Shown here in pieces: positions 39,835-49,423 of a DNA stretch of 64,000 nt. This stretch comes from Gemmatimonadales bacterium (GTDB taxonomy: Bacteria; Gemmatimonadota; Gemmatimonadetes; Gemmatimonadales; GWC2-71-9). Position numbers and translations under genes: made by a program. The stretch covers positions 130,346-194,345 of the forward strand of contig JBGATI010000001.1 of assembly GCA_044229245.1 (NCBI GenBank), given 5' to 3'. The notes under the pieces were generated by a model. The model did not search any database and had not been told where the DNA came from. It saw only the letters and a list, made by a program, of their open reading frames with translations. How positions within the stretch are numbered: the stretch's first letter is position 1; each line of letters starts with the position of its first letter.

Positions 39835-41448
39835 ATGATGGCCAGCCGCGACCCGCGCGAAGCCCTGCTCGCCCCCTATCCGATGCCCTCCATCGATCCG
39901 TCGTCCTCCTCGATGAGCAGCGAGCGCCTCGTGCTCGCCGCCCTGCCTGACGCGATCCTCGTCCTGGATCCCCTCGGCGTCGTCCGCGAGGCCAACCCCG
40001 CGGCCGAGCGACTCTTCGCGCGGACGCATGACGCGCTGCGCAGCGCGCCGGTCGACAAGCTCCTGATCATCACCGATGGCGGGCCGGGCACCGGGGGGCT
40101 CGCCGCCTGGCTGCGCACGGCGCGGATCCCGGGCGCGCAGCGCTGGAGCGGGTGTCGCGGCCGGCTGCCCGACGGAGGGGAGTTCACCTGCGACGCGAGC
40201 CTCGCGCCCATCGCGGGCGCCGGGGCCCCAGGCCGCTGGGTGCTCTCGATCGTGGAAACGGGGAACCGCGAGTTCCAGACGACCCAGCGGCGCGAATCGG
40301 CGAAGATGGCTGCGATCGCCACGCTCGCGTCTGGCATCGCGAACGATTTCAACAACGCGCTCGCCGCCATCACCGGCAGCATCGAGGCGGCCCGCCTCCG
40401 GATCGTGTCGCAGGATCGGGTGCCGCCACGGGAGCTGCTCGAGGCGAAGGAAGCCACCCGCGGCGCGGCCCGCCTGGTCCGCCGACTGCTGAACTTCGCC
40501 CGGCCCTCCCCCGGCACGCGCCGGACCATCGAGCCCGGCCAGCTGATCGAGGAGACCGCGCAGGTCCTGCGGCGCGACCTCGATCCGCGGATCACGCTCG
40601 TCACCCGGCTCGATCACGGCGACTGGCGGCTGCACGCCGACATGGAGCAGCTCACCGACCTGCTCGTCAGCCTGGGCCACAATGCGATCGAAGCAATGCC
40701 GCTCGGCGGGGTCCTCACCCTCAGCACCGCGCGGGTCGCGGGGGGCTGGGGCGCGGGTGCCCCCGAGGCACTGGCCGGACGGGAATTCCTGCGGATCGAG
40801 GTGAAGGACACCGGGACCGGCATCCCGGCCGAGATCCTTCCCCGCATCTTCGAGCCGTTCTTCACCACCAAGGAAGCGGGTCGCGGCTCGGGACTCGGGC
40901 TCGCGACCGCCTACGCCGTCCTGCGCCAGCACGAGGGCGGGATCACCGTGGAGAGCGCCCCCGGCGCGGGGTCGACATTCCAGATCTACCTGCCGCGCAC
41001 GATGGAGCCGCAGACCGTCTCCGGCCCCACCCTCGTCCTGGAGCCAGGCAGCGGTACGGGAAACATCCTGCTGGTCGACGACGAGTCCGCCGTCCGCCGG
41101 CCGCTCCGTCAGGCGCTCGGACTGTGCGGCTATGTCGTGCTCGAGGCCCGCGATGGTCTCGAGGCGCTCCGGATTCACGGCCAGAGCGACACCCCGGTCG
41201 ACCTGGTGATCCTCGACGTCAAGATGCCCGGGATGTCGGGCTGGGATGTGCTGGCGGAGCTCAAACGGCGTGCGCCAACCCTGCCGGTGATCCTCACGAG
41301 CGGCTACACGAAGGAAGACAGCACCCCGCCGGCCGCCCCGGCGGCGCCCGACGCCTATCTCCCGAAGCCGTACGACCTCGCGGAACTGACCGAGCAGGTG
41401 CGCCGGCTCCTGAAACCGCGCCGGCCGGCCGATACTTCACGATCATGA
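39835..41448 (+). CDS. PAS-containing hybrid histidine-kinase-like protein with Asn replacing the H-box histidine
   Basis: 537 aa. PAS-like N-terminus. DHp reads LASGIANDFNNALAAITGS (the canonical motif is GIAHDFNN). The HATPase domain is intact (GSGLGLATAYAVLRQHEGGITVES) and so is the REC domain (ILLVDDES...DLVILDVKMPGMSG). Confidence 0.88.
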   Translation: MMASRDPREALLAPYPMPSIDPSSSSMSSERLVLAALPDAILVLDPLGVVREANPAAERLFARTHDALRSAPVDKLLIITDGGPGTGGLAAWLRTARIPGAQRWSGCRGRLPDGGEFTCDASLAPIAGAGAPGRWVLSIVETGNREFQTTQRRESAKMAAIATLASGIANDFNNALAAITGSIEAARLRIVSQDRVPPRELLEAKEATRGAARLVRRLLNFARPSPGTRRTIEPGQLIEETAQVLRRDLDPRITLVTRLDHGDWRLHADMEQLTDLLVSLGHNAIEAMPLGGVLTLSTARVAGGWGAGAPEALAGREFLRIEVKDTGTGIPAEILPRIFEPFFTTKEAGRGSGLGLATAYAVLRQHEGGITVESAPGAGSTFQIYLPRTMEPQTVSGPTLVLEPGSGTGNILLVDDESAVRRPLRQALGLCGYVVLEARDGLEALRIHGQSDTPVDLVILDVKMPGMSGWDVLAELKRRAPTLPVILTSGYTKEDSTPPAAPAAPDAYLPKPYDLAELTEQVRRLLKPRRPADTSRS

Positions 41449-41840
41449 AAGCGCTGATCATCGAAGACGAGCCGATGACCCGGCTCCTGCTCAAGCGGCT
41501 CCTCACCCGCTTCTTTCCGCACAACGTGCTCGAGGCCTCGGATGGGGAGGAAGGCCTCGCCGTGGTCGAGAAGGAGCGGCCGGTCATCGTGTTCTGCGAT
41601 CTCTACATGCCGAAACTCGATGGCATCGGGTTCCTCGAGCGGCTCCGGGCCAATCCCGAGTTCGCCGAGCTGCCGGTCGTGGCGATTTCCTCCGCCAAAG
41701 ACCGGGATGTGGTGCTGAAGCTGGTCGATCTCCGCATCGTCGACTACCTCATGAAGCCGATCGATCTCGAACAGACCTTCAAGCGCCTCGAAAAGCTGAT
41801 CCCCCTCGTCGTTGCCCCGAAGGAAGCCGCCAAGCCGTAG
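41445..41840 (+). CDS. Single-domain response regulator
   Basis: 131 aa from ATG 41445 (ATGA overlap with the upstream stop). MKALIIEDEP...VFCDLYMPKLDG...DYLMKP. It is the last part of an out-of-frame 562-aa track ORF. Confidence 0.88.
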   Translation: MKALIIEDEPMTRLLLKRLLTRFFPHNVLEASDGEEGLAVVEKERPVIVFCDLYMPKLDGIGFLERLRANPEFAELPVVAISSAKDRDVVLKLVDLRIVDYLMKPIDLEQTFKRLEKLIPLVVAPKEAAKP

Positions 41841-41873
41841 CGCCACCCGGGCTGGACGCGGTACGTTACGGAC

Positions 41874-42260
41874 ATGCCACGCCAGAACATCTCCGGCGGT
41901 GCCCCCTGGGAACCGATTGTCGGGTATTCCCGCGCTGTTCGCGTCGGTAACCACATTCACGTCTCCGGCACGACCGCGGTCGGGCCCGATGGCAGCGTGG
42001 TCGGGCCGGGCGATCCGTACGCGCAGACCGTCCACGCCATTCGCCTCATCGAGCGCGCGCTGCAGCAGGCCGGCGCCGGGCTGAGCCACGTGGTCCGTAC
42101 CCGCATCTATACCACCGACATCTCGCAGTGGGAGGCTATCGGCCGCGCCCACGGCGAATTCTTCCGTGACATCCGCCCGGCGGCCACCATGGTCGAAGTG
42201 AAAGCACTCATCGACCCTGCCCTGCTGGTGGAAATCGAGGCCGAAGCGATCCTGCCATGA
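41874..42260 (+). CDS. RidA/YjgF/TdcF family protein
   Basis: 128 aa. [18 protein letters not shown]...RTRIYTTD...[24 protein letters not shown]. Confidence 0.88.
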   Translation: MPRQNISGGAPWEPIVGYSRAVRVGNHIHVSGTTAVGPDGSVVGPGDPYAQTVHAIRLIERALQQAGAGLSHVVRTRIYTTDISQWEAIGRAHGEFFRDIRPAATMVEVKALIDPALLVEIEAEAILP

Positions 42261-43051
42261 CCACCGCGATCACCGTCGTCGATGCCTTCACCGACCTGCC
42301 CTTCGCCGGCAACCCGGCCGCCGTCTGCGTGCTGCCCCGTCCCGCCACGGAGTCGTGGATGCGAGATGTCGCCCGGGAGATGAACCTCTCGGAGACCGCC
42401 TTCCTGCATCGGGTGGAAGATGGATTCTCGCTCCGGTGGTTCACGCCGACCGTGGAGGTCGACCTCTGCGGGCACGCCACCCTCGCGAGCGCGCATGTGC
42501 TCTGGAAGCAGGCCTACCTGCCGCCGCACGCAGTGGCGCGGTTCCACACCCGGAGCGGACTGCTCACCGCGACCTACGCGACGGACCGGATCACGCTCGA
42601 CTTCCCGGCCAAGCTCGCGGTCGCGGCCGAGGCCCCGCCGGCGCTGCTGAGCGCGCTAGGTGTGACCGGGGCGGTCTGGATCGGGAAGAACCAGTTCGAC
42701 TATCTCGTCGAAGTGAGCAGCGAAGCGGCGGTTCGCAAGCTCACGCCGGATCATGGCCGGCTCGCGACCCTCCCGGTCCGCGGGGTGATCGTGACGAGCA
42801 GGGCGGATACGGGGAGCCCCTTCGACTTCGTCTCCCGCTTCTTTGCCCCTGGCAGCGGCGTGGCCGAAGATCCCGTCACCGGCTCGGCCCACTGCGCCCT
42901 CGCCCCGTACTGGCGCGGCAAAATCGGCCGCGACGCGATGACCGGCTATCAGGCCTCGGCCCGGGGCGGCACGGTCTACGTCGAGTGCCGCGGTGACCGC
43001 GTCCTGCTCGGCGGCCAGGCGGTCACGGTGCTGCGGGGCACGCTGGTCTAG
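42257..43051 (+). CDS. PhzF-family isomerase
   Basis: 264 aa. [37 protein letters not shown] and a second-half pseudo-repeat with GSAHCAL. Confidence 0.88.
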   Translation: MTTAITVVDAFTDLPFAGNPAAVCVLPRPATESWMRDVAREMNLSETAFLHRVEDGFSLRWFTPTVEVDLCGHATLASAHVLWKQAYLPPHAVARFHTRSGLLTATYATDRITLDFPAKLAVAAEAPPALLSALGVTGAVWIGKNQFDYLVEVSSEAAVRKLTPDHGRLATLPVRGVIVTSRADTGSPFDFVSRFFAPGSGVAEDPVTGSAHCALAPYWRGKIGRDAMTGYQASARGGTVYVECRGDRVLLGGQAVTVLRGTLV

Positions 43052-43108
43052 GCTGCGACGCACCCGGCATCGTGGGAATCTTCCTCCCGATTCCCAAACG
43101 AGGCCCTG

Positions 43109-44419
43109 ATGCGCGTCGCTCTCGCTGCCCTGCTCCTGCTGGCCCGGCCCCTCGCGGCCCAGGAGCCGGTACCCGCCCTCCTCACCGCTTTCGACCGCAT
43201 GGCGGCCCGGCCCCTCTGGCCGGGCTTCACTCCGGCGTCCACTCCCCTCGCCATCTACGACGGCCAGCGCACCTGGCTGATTCGCCACCCCGCCCCTCCG
43301 GCGGAGTTCGCGACCGTGGATGGAGCGCCTGACACTCGCGTGATGGCTGGGCGCTACCCGGAGGTCTCCGCCAACACCCACGCGATGATCGGCGGGGTGC
43401 CGACCGCCACGCTCTTCCTGCCCGAGCACCCCAGCGACCCGAGGCATCTCGCAGCCACGCTGCTCCACGAGGTGTTCCACGTCTATCAGTCGCAGGCCCA
43501 CCCCGGCTGGTTCGGCAACGAAGCAACCCTCTTCACCTATCCCGTGACCGACTCGGCCGCGCAGCAGCTGCAGCGGCTGGAGACCGAGGCCTTCCGTCGC
43601 GCCCTACTGGCGCATTCAGCGCTGGGGTGCTGGGCCTCTCGAGCGATGACGCTCCGGGAGGCACGGGCGGCCCGCGTGGGCGCGGAAGCGATCGCGTATG
43701 AGCGGGGGAATGACTTGAACGAGGGACTCGCAACCTGGATCGGGTGGCGCGGCGCCGGGGATCAGCCCGATTCACTCGTCCCGAGCAAGGGGTTCGCCCC
43801 TGATGGCGTGCGGCTCCGCGCCTACGCGGTCGGACCGGCGCAGGCCGCTGTGCTCGACCGCCTGCGCCCGGCGTGGCAGGCAGAACTCAGCGCGGATACG
43901 ACGCTCACTCTCGACGCACTGCTCGGCAGAGCGACCGCCTCACTCAGCTGCCGCGCCGACTTCACGAGGCGCGAAGTCGATTCTGTCGGGGCGCTCGCCG
44001 GAGAAGAGACTGGGCAGGTACTGGGCAAGCGGGCCGCGCTTCGGACCGAGTTCCTCGCGAGACAGGGCTGGCAAGTGCTGATCGAGGTGCCGGTGACCGC
44101 GCCGTTCTGGCCGGAGCAGTTCGATCCGTGGAACGTCGTGCCGCTCGCCGATGGGGAGATCCTGCATCAGCGGCACGTTCGCCTGGGCGGGAATCACGGC
44201 CGCATCGACGTGCTCGGGCACTGGGCACTCACCAGTGCCGCGGGGGCGCATCCGCTCTTCAACGGTCTTCGGCGGGTGCTGCTCGCCGGGCTGGCGGCCG
44301 CGCCCTCGGTCACGCAGCGGGGCGACTCATTGCTCGTCGCGGGCGAGGGCATCGACGGTCACTTCAAAGGAATGACCGTCGATACGGCCGGGCAACGGAT
44401 CACGCTGCGCGCGAAGTGA
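43109..44419 (+). CDS. Secreted hypothetical protein with an HExxH motif
   Basis: 436 aa. Signal peptide MRVALAALLLLARPLAAQ. Contains LLHEVFHVYQ. I recognise no family. Confidence 0.6.
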   Translation: MRVALAALLLLARPLAAQEPVPALLTAFDRMAARPLWPGFTPASTPLAIYDGQRTWLIRHPAPPAEFATVDGAPDTRVMAGRYPEVSANTHAMIGGVPTATLFLPEHPSDPRHLAATLLHEVFHVYQSQAHPGWFGNEATLFTYPVTDSAAQQLQRLETEAFRRALLAHSALGCWASRAMTLREARAARVGAEAIAYERGNDLNEGLATWIGWRGAGDQPDSLVPSKGFAPDGVRLRAYAVGPAQAAVLDRLRPAWQAELSADTTLTLDALLGRATASLSCRADFTRREVDSVGALAGEETGQVLGKRAALRTEFLARQGWQVLIEVPVTAPFWPEQFDPWNVVPLADGEILHQRHVRLGGNHGRIDVLGHWALTSAAGAHPLFNGLRRVLLAGLAAAPSVTQRGDSLLVAGEGIDGHFKGMTVDTAGQRITLRAK

Positions 44420-44453
44420 GCGTGGGCCGCCGCCAGCCGAACAGAGCACGACC

Positions 44454-46883
44454 TCAGGGCTGGCCCATCACCTTCACGGGATATGGGACACCACCCTGCA
44501 ACACCCCGGCGGCGCCGAGTTGCCCGGAGCTGTTGTCTCCCCAGCAGTACGCAACGCCCCCGCTCGTGAGACCGCAGGCGTGAGCAAACCCTGCCGCGAT
44601 GGTCGCGAACTGGAACCCGCCGGTGACGAGCTGGGGCTTGCCGAAGCCATTGCCGGGAGGACTGACGGACCCGGTGCCCAGTTGCCCCTGGTCGTTGGTG
44701 CCCCAGCAGTACCCTTCGCCGGCCAGCGCGACGCCGCAGAGGAGCGTGCCCCCGGCCTCGAGCGAACCGAAGGACACACCGCCCGGGAACAGTATCGGAG
44801 TGCGCGAATTGGCGTAGGGCCAGCAATAGACATCGCCGCCGGCGATCAGGCCGCACGCGGCACCGCTGGTCGCCGCACCGACCGCGAGATCGGTAAAGCT
44901 CAATCCACCCACGACCGCGAGAGGAATCGGGCTGTCGGTATGGACGCCGTCGCCGAGCATGCCGCTGTACTGGGAGCCCCAGCACTGGATCTGACCCGCG
45001 GCCGTCAATCCGCAGGTGTGCATGTCACCGACGGCGACATCCACGAACGCCGGTCCGCCGCTGACGGGAACGGGAGTGGTCCGCAGCGTGACGGTGCCGT
45101 CACCGAGCTCGCCGGAGCTGTTGTACCCCCAGCAGGAGGTCCCGCCGCTGGTGATAATGACGCAGCTGTGCGATGAGCCCACCGCAAGCCTGGAGTAGGT
45201 CTGTCCCCCGCTGACATCCAGGGGAACATCCGAGGCATACGTGACTCCGTCGCCGAGACTCCGGGCGCCACCATATCCCCAGCAGTAGAGCGCGCCCGTC
45301 GTCGTAAGCCCGCAGGAGAGTGAGGACCCGAGGTCGATGCGGCTGAAGCTGAGCCCGCCGGCGACCGCGACGGGCGCCAGCCGCCGGGTATGCGAGTTAT
45401 CGCCGAGTTCTCCGCTGTTGTTGTCCCCCCAGCACCATGCGGCGCCGGCGGTGTCGATGCCGCAGCTGCGGAAGTCGCCCGCGGCAAGGCGGGTGAACTG
45501 ATGACCGCCGGCGACCTGAACCGGCACCGCGGCGTTGGTCCCGTTTCCGTCCCCCAGCGAGCCGTCGGTTCCGTAGCCCCAGCACCATGCGGCACCGCCC
45601 GCGGTGAGTCCGCAGGAATGGTACGCGCCGACGACCAGACTGGTGAACGTCAAGCTGCCCGACACGGCGATGGCCGGGTTCTCGATGTCCAACTGATCGA
45701 ACCCGCCGCTGGCCAGCTGGCCATACCGGTTCCCTCCCCAGCACCAGGCGTGGCCTTGCGCGTCGAGTCCGCAGGCATGCTCCTCGCCTTCGTCGATCGC
45801 GGTGTACGTGGTAGGCCCGCCCTCGGACACCGGCACGTAGTTCTGGACGCCGCCCTCACCGACGCGCCGGAATCCCCAGCATTCCACCGCGCCGCCTGTC
45901 AGGAGCCCGCAGCTGCGCGAGGACTTCACGGTGAGCGCGGTGTAGGTATGGCCTCCGCTCACGGAAGCCGGTGAGGTGCGGTAATAGACGGTGTCATTGC
46001 CCAGCTGGCTCTGCGCATTGTCGCCCCAGCACCACGCCGCCCCCGCCGCGGTCACTCCGCAGCTCCAGGAGCCGGCGGCATGAATGCTGGTGAGCGGGGG
46101 TGCCCCCGTCACGGCCACCGGCGTCAGGCGCTGGAGCCGCGTCCCGTCGCCTAACTCTCCCGTCGGGTTGTATCCCCAGCAATAGGACTGTCCGCCTGCA
46201 ATCGCACAGGCATGGCCGTCGGGCTTCGTGACCACGGAGGCGCCTGCCAGGCCGGCCACCGCGACTGGAGCCCGCCGGGTGATGGTGGTGCCGTCACCCA
46301 GTTGGCCGGTATCGTTGTTCCCCCAGCAGTACACTGCACCCCCGATCGCCACGCCACACACGGCGTTGAACCCGCTCGCCAGGGAGGTGAAGCGCACGCT
46401 CCCGGCCACGGGATGCGGCACCAGCACGGAACGGGTCGAGTCCGAGGATCCGGTTCCCAGCTCGCCCCAGTAGTTGGAGCCCCAGCACCAGGCCTCCCCC
46501 GTCGTGGTGAGTCCACACGTGAAGGTTCCTCCGGGCCGGAGCATCGTGAACTGCAGGGTCCGGATGGTGAGTGGCCGGCTGCCGCTGACTCCACCGATGG
46601 TGGCGACAATCGCCGTGCTTCCAGCGGCGTGCGCCGTCACCTGCCCGCCGGCGGAGACACTGGCGATCGCCGGGTCACCAGAACTCCAGAGGATCTGGCG
46701 ACCGGGCAGCGTGTCACCCTGGGCGCTGAGCGCGAAGGCCGTGAGCGGCACCGTCTCCGAGAGGATGAGGGTGTCCTGCGGCGTGCCGACGATCACGCTG
46801 GCGACCGGCGTGAGATCAGGCGGCGTCAGGGCATCCTCGCCACAGGCGGCGAGCAGCAACAGGATCGGCAGGAGGCGTCTCAT
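44454..46883 (-). CDS. Lipoprotein with Big_2 (Ig-like) domain and about 14 RCC1-like beta-propeller repeats
   Basis: 809 aa. Lipobox LLLLAAC, a Big_2-like segment (ILWSSGDPAIASVSAGGQVTAHAAGSTAIVA), and repeated CWG-N-x-GQLGDG motifs. Confidence 0.85.
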   Translation of the reverse strand: MRRLLPILLLLAACGEDALTPPDLTPVASVIVGTPQDTLILSETVPLTAFALSAQGDTLPGRQILWSSGDPAIASVSAGGQVTAHAAGSTAIVATIGGVSGSRPLTIRTLQFTMLRPGGTFTCGLTTTGEAWCWGSNYWGELGTGSSDSTRSVLVPHPVAGSVRFTSLASGFNAVCGVAIGGAVYCWGNNDTGQLGDGTTITRRAPVAVAGLAGASVVTKPDGHACAIAGGQSYCWGYNPTGELGDGTRLQRLTPVAVTGAPPLTSIHAAGSWSCGVTAAGAAWCWGDNAQSQLGNDTVYYRTSPASVSGGHTYTALTVKSSRSCGLLTGGAVECWGFRRVGEGGVQNYVPVSEGGPTTYTAIDEGEEHACGLDAQGHAWCWGGNRYGQLASGGFDQLDIENPAIAVSGSLTFTSLVVGAYHSCGLTAGGAAWCWGYGTDGSLGDGNGTNAAVPVQVAGGHQFTRLAAGDFRSCGIDTAGAAWCWGDNNSGELGDNSHTRRLAPVAVAGGLSFSRIDLGSSLSCGLTTTGALYCWGYGGARSLGDGVTYASDVPLDVSGGQTYSRLAVGSSHSCVIITSGGTSCWGYNSSGELGDGTVTLRTTPVPVSGGPAFVDVAVGDMHTCGLTAAGQIQCWGSQYSGMLGDGVHTDSPIPLAVVGGLSFTDLAVGAATSGAACGLIAGGDVYCWPYANSRTPILFPGGVSFGSLEAGGTLLCGVALAGEGYCWGTNDQGQLGTGSVSPPGNGFGKPQLVTGGFQFATIAAGFAHACGLTSGGVAYCWGDNSSGQLGAAGVLQGGVPYPVKVMGQP

Positions 46884-48241
46884 GAGGCGTGCACCAGTGT
46901 AGGTGTCAGGCGGAGGATCGTGGTGCCATCGCCGAGGCTGCCCACGTCATTGTTCCCCCAGCAATAGACTCGGCCGTCGAGCGCGACACCGCAGGTGTGC
47001 GCCGCCCCCGCCGCGAGCTGGCTGAATCGGAGGGCACCGCCGACGCTCACCGGCTGCGGTCGTTGGGTCGTGGTCCCGTCACCGAGCTGGCCGCTCGAGT
47101 TGTCGCCCCAGCACCAGGCAACGCCGGCGCTCGTCAGTCCGCAGGTGTGCGTGTCCCCGGCGGCGAGCGACGTGAACACCGGCGCCGCGCTCACGGCAAC
47201 AGGGTGGCCACGATCGGTCGTTGACCCATCGCCGAGCGCGCCCTGGGAGTTGTTGCCCCAGCACCAGCTGCCACCGATGGAGTCGATGCCGCAGGAGTGC
47301 CGACCGCCGAGACTGAGCGACGTGAAGTGCTGCCCTCCAGCGACCGCCACTGGTACGACCTGGTAGCCGGCTCCGTCATCGCCGAGCTGGCCGTTGAAGT
47401 CCGAGCCGACACACCATGCCGTGCCGTCGTCCATCAGGGCGCAACTGTGCGATTCGCCGACCGCAAGACCGTGGTAGGACCCGGCGGCGATCGGCGCCGG
47501 CGCGCGCGACGAAGGGACGATGTTACCCCAGCACAGCCACTCATTGGGGCGGAGACCGCAGCTGATCGATCGGCCCGCACCGATCGCCGTGAACCCCCCT
47601 CCACTCTTCACGGCGACCGGCTGTACTCGCGTCAGCAGGCTGCTGTCGCCGACCTCGCCCCAGAGGTTCTGCCCCCAGCAACGGACGTCCCCATTCGGGG
47701 CCAGGCTGCAGCCATGCGCTTCCCCCAGGGCATCGGATTGGACCGGGCCGCCCTGCTGGAGCACCGGGATCAGGAAGAATCCGCCAGTCACCCCGATCCC
47801 GATTGCGGCACCGGTGTTCTGCCCCCAGCACCGGACACTGCCGCCCGCCAGCTTGGCGCAGGATCCGAAGCTCGCGCTGCCGGAATACACCTCTGTGGCC
47901 GTGAGCGGAGCGACGATCGTGACAGGCACGGAGCCGGCGATCGCCTCAGTCGCGGCCGAGATGGTTGCGGTACCTCCGGCGACCGCCGTGATCAGCCCGC
48001 TCGGGGAGACGGTCGCGACCCCGGGATCGCTCGAGGCCCATGCTACGATCCGGCCCTTCAGCGTATCCCCCTGGGCGTCGAGCACCGTCGCCTGGAGACG
48101 GAGCGTATCGCCCAGCACCAGGCCGGCCGGGGCGGGAGTCACGATAAGCCCTGCCGCTGGGGCCAGGGGCGCCTGACTGTCCTGACAGCCCGGAGCTGCC
48201 AGAATGCCAAGCAGCAGGGCTCGCGAAAGCCGACTGCGCAT
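46880..48241 (-). CDS. Lipoprotein with Big_2 domain and RCC1-like repeats (shorter paralog)
   Basis: 453 aa. Lipobox-like LGILAAPGC, WASSDPGVATVSPSGLITAVAGGTATISA, and repeats CWGNNSQGALGDG / CWGDNSSGQLGDG. 4-nt overlap with the downstream paralog. Confidence 0.85.
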   Translation of the reverse strand: MRSRLSRALLLGILAAPGCQDSQAPLAPAAGLIVTPAPAGLVLGDTLRLQATVLDAQGDTLKGRIVAWASSDPGVATVSPSGLITAVAGGTATISAATEAIAGSVPVTIVAPLTATEVYSGSASFGSCAKLAGGSVRCWGQNTGAAIGIGVTGGFFLIPVLQQGGPVQSDALGEAHGCSLAPNGDVRCWGQNLWGEVGDSSLLTRVQPVAVKSGGGFTAIGAGRSISCGLRPNEWLCWGNIVPSSRAPAPIAAGSYHGLAVGESHSCALMDDGTAWCVGSDFNGQLGDDGAGYQVVPVAVAGGQHFTSLSLGGRHSCGIDSIGGSWCWGNNSQGALGDGSTTDRGHPVAVSAAPVFTSLAAGDTHTCGLTSAGVAWCWGDNSSGQLGDGTTTQRPQPVSVGGALRFSQLAAGAAHTCGVALDGRVYCWGNNDVGSLGDGTTILRLTPTLVHAS

Positions 48242-48419
48242 GGTCTGCCTCTACTCTTGTTAAGCGGTCTGCTGAAGGGGACACCGTCCGGCCAGGGCGG
48301 TGCTCCCCTGAATGACGATTCCCATTGCGGCTGCCACACACCGGGGTCCCCGGCGAGGCGCTCCTGACCGCCGCCGCCGGGATTGGCCCGGAGCCTTGCG
48401 GCACGCTACCTTGTCCGCC

Positions 48420-49262
48420 ATGCGCGTCTATCTCTCTATTGATATGGAAGGGATCGCCGGGGTGGTCCACGAGGACCAGACCAACCCCATCGACCCCCGC
48501 TGTGCTTCCGAATACGCCCGGTTCCGCCGGCTCATGACCCGCGAAGCCAACGCCGCCATCGAAGGCGCCCTCGCGGGCGGAGCGACCAAGGTCCTGGTGA
48601 ACGACAGCCACTGGACGATGCGGAATCTGCTGGCGGAAGAACTGCATCCTGCGGCCGAGTTGCTCTCTGGCGGGCCCAAGATCTGGTCGATGATGGAAGG
48701 TATCGACCGCGGGTGGGATCTCGCCGGGCTCATCGGCTACCATGCCAAGGCCGGAACGGTCAAGGCGATCCTCGACCACACCTACACGAGCCGGATCCTC
48801 GACGTCCGGCTGAACGGCCTCTCGGTCGGCGAATTAGGCATCAATGCCGCACTCGCCGGCACGTTCGGCGTCCCGATCGCCTTCCTCTCGGGGGACGATG
48901 CGATCGCGGCCGAGGCGCATTCGCTGCTGGGAGACGGGGTGCGGACCGTCACGGTCAAGGAAGCGGTGAGCCGCCACTCGGCACGGAGCGTCGCGCCCGA
49001 GGTGGCCTGCACCATGATCCGGGATGCGATGCAGGAGGTGGTGACCGCGCACCGCGCGGGAGTGTCCGGAGCCCACCTCTTCAAGCTCACCACCCCGGTG
49101 CACCTCGAGGTCGATTTCACCCTGACGGTGGAGGCCGACCACGCCGCGATGGTGCCCGGCTTCGTCCGGTCGGGTCCACGCTCGGTTGCCTTCACACACG
49201 AAGACTTCCGCGAAGTCTTCCGCGCGTTCCGGACGATGTTCAATCTCGGCAGCACCGAGTGA
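48420..49262 (+). CDS. D-aminopeptidase DppA-like (peptidase M55 family)
   Basis: 280 aa from ATG 48420. MRVYLSIDMEGIAGVV...KVLVNDSHWTMRNL...GYHAKAG is typical of M55. Confidence 0.85.
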   Translation: MRVYLSIDMEGIAGVVHEDQTNPIDPRCASEYARFRRLMTREANAAIEGALAGGATKVLVNDSHWTMRNLLAEELHPAAELLSGGPKIWSMMEGIDRGWDLAGLIGYHAKAGTVKAILDHTYTSRILDVRLNGLSVGELGINAALAGTFGVPIAFLSGDDAIAAEAHSLLGDGVRTVTVKEAVSRHSARSVAPEVACTMIRDAMQEVVTAHRAGVSGAHLFKLTTPVHLEVDFTLTVEADHAAMVPGFVRSGPRSVAFTHEDFREVFRAFRTMFNLGSTE

Positions 49263-49423
49263 GCGGCTGAGACCCGAGCACACCCCGGCCCGGGCACGTT
49301 TCATCGTGCCATTCCGGCGGATGCCCCTCGATTCCGCAGCCTGAAACGATTGGCCGATTTCTTCGTCCCAGTTGTCCAACCCCATTTATAGTCGTCCCGT
49401 CCTGCCCCTCCCTCGGAGTCCGG

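Noticed and set aside
40152-41444. Upstream part of the 562-aa ORF 40152..41840, and likewise 53511..54449 of ORF 53511..55106
   Set aside because: Both lie out of frame within the hybrid kinase or peptidase genes. Only the terminal segments, which begin at start codons overlapping the upstream stops, encode plausible proteins.
44454-48241. Repetitive DNA resembling an array (recurrent ccccagcag/ccccagcacca blocks at roughly 150-nt intervals)
   Set aside because: The repeats are the coding repeats of the RCC1 blades (the WG/CWG motifs read on the minus strand). They are not CRISPR or another non-coding repeat. The spacing and sequence are irregular.
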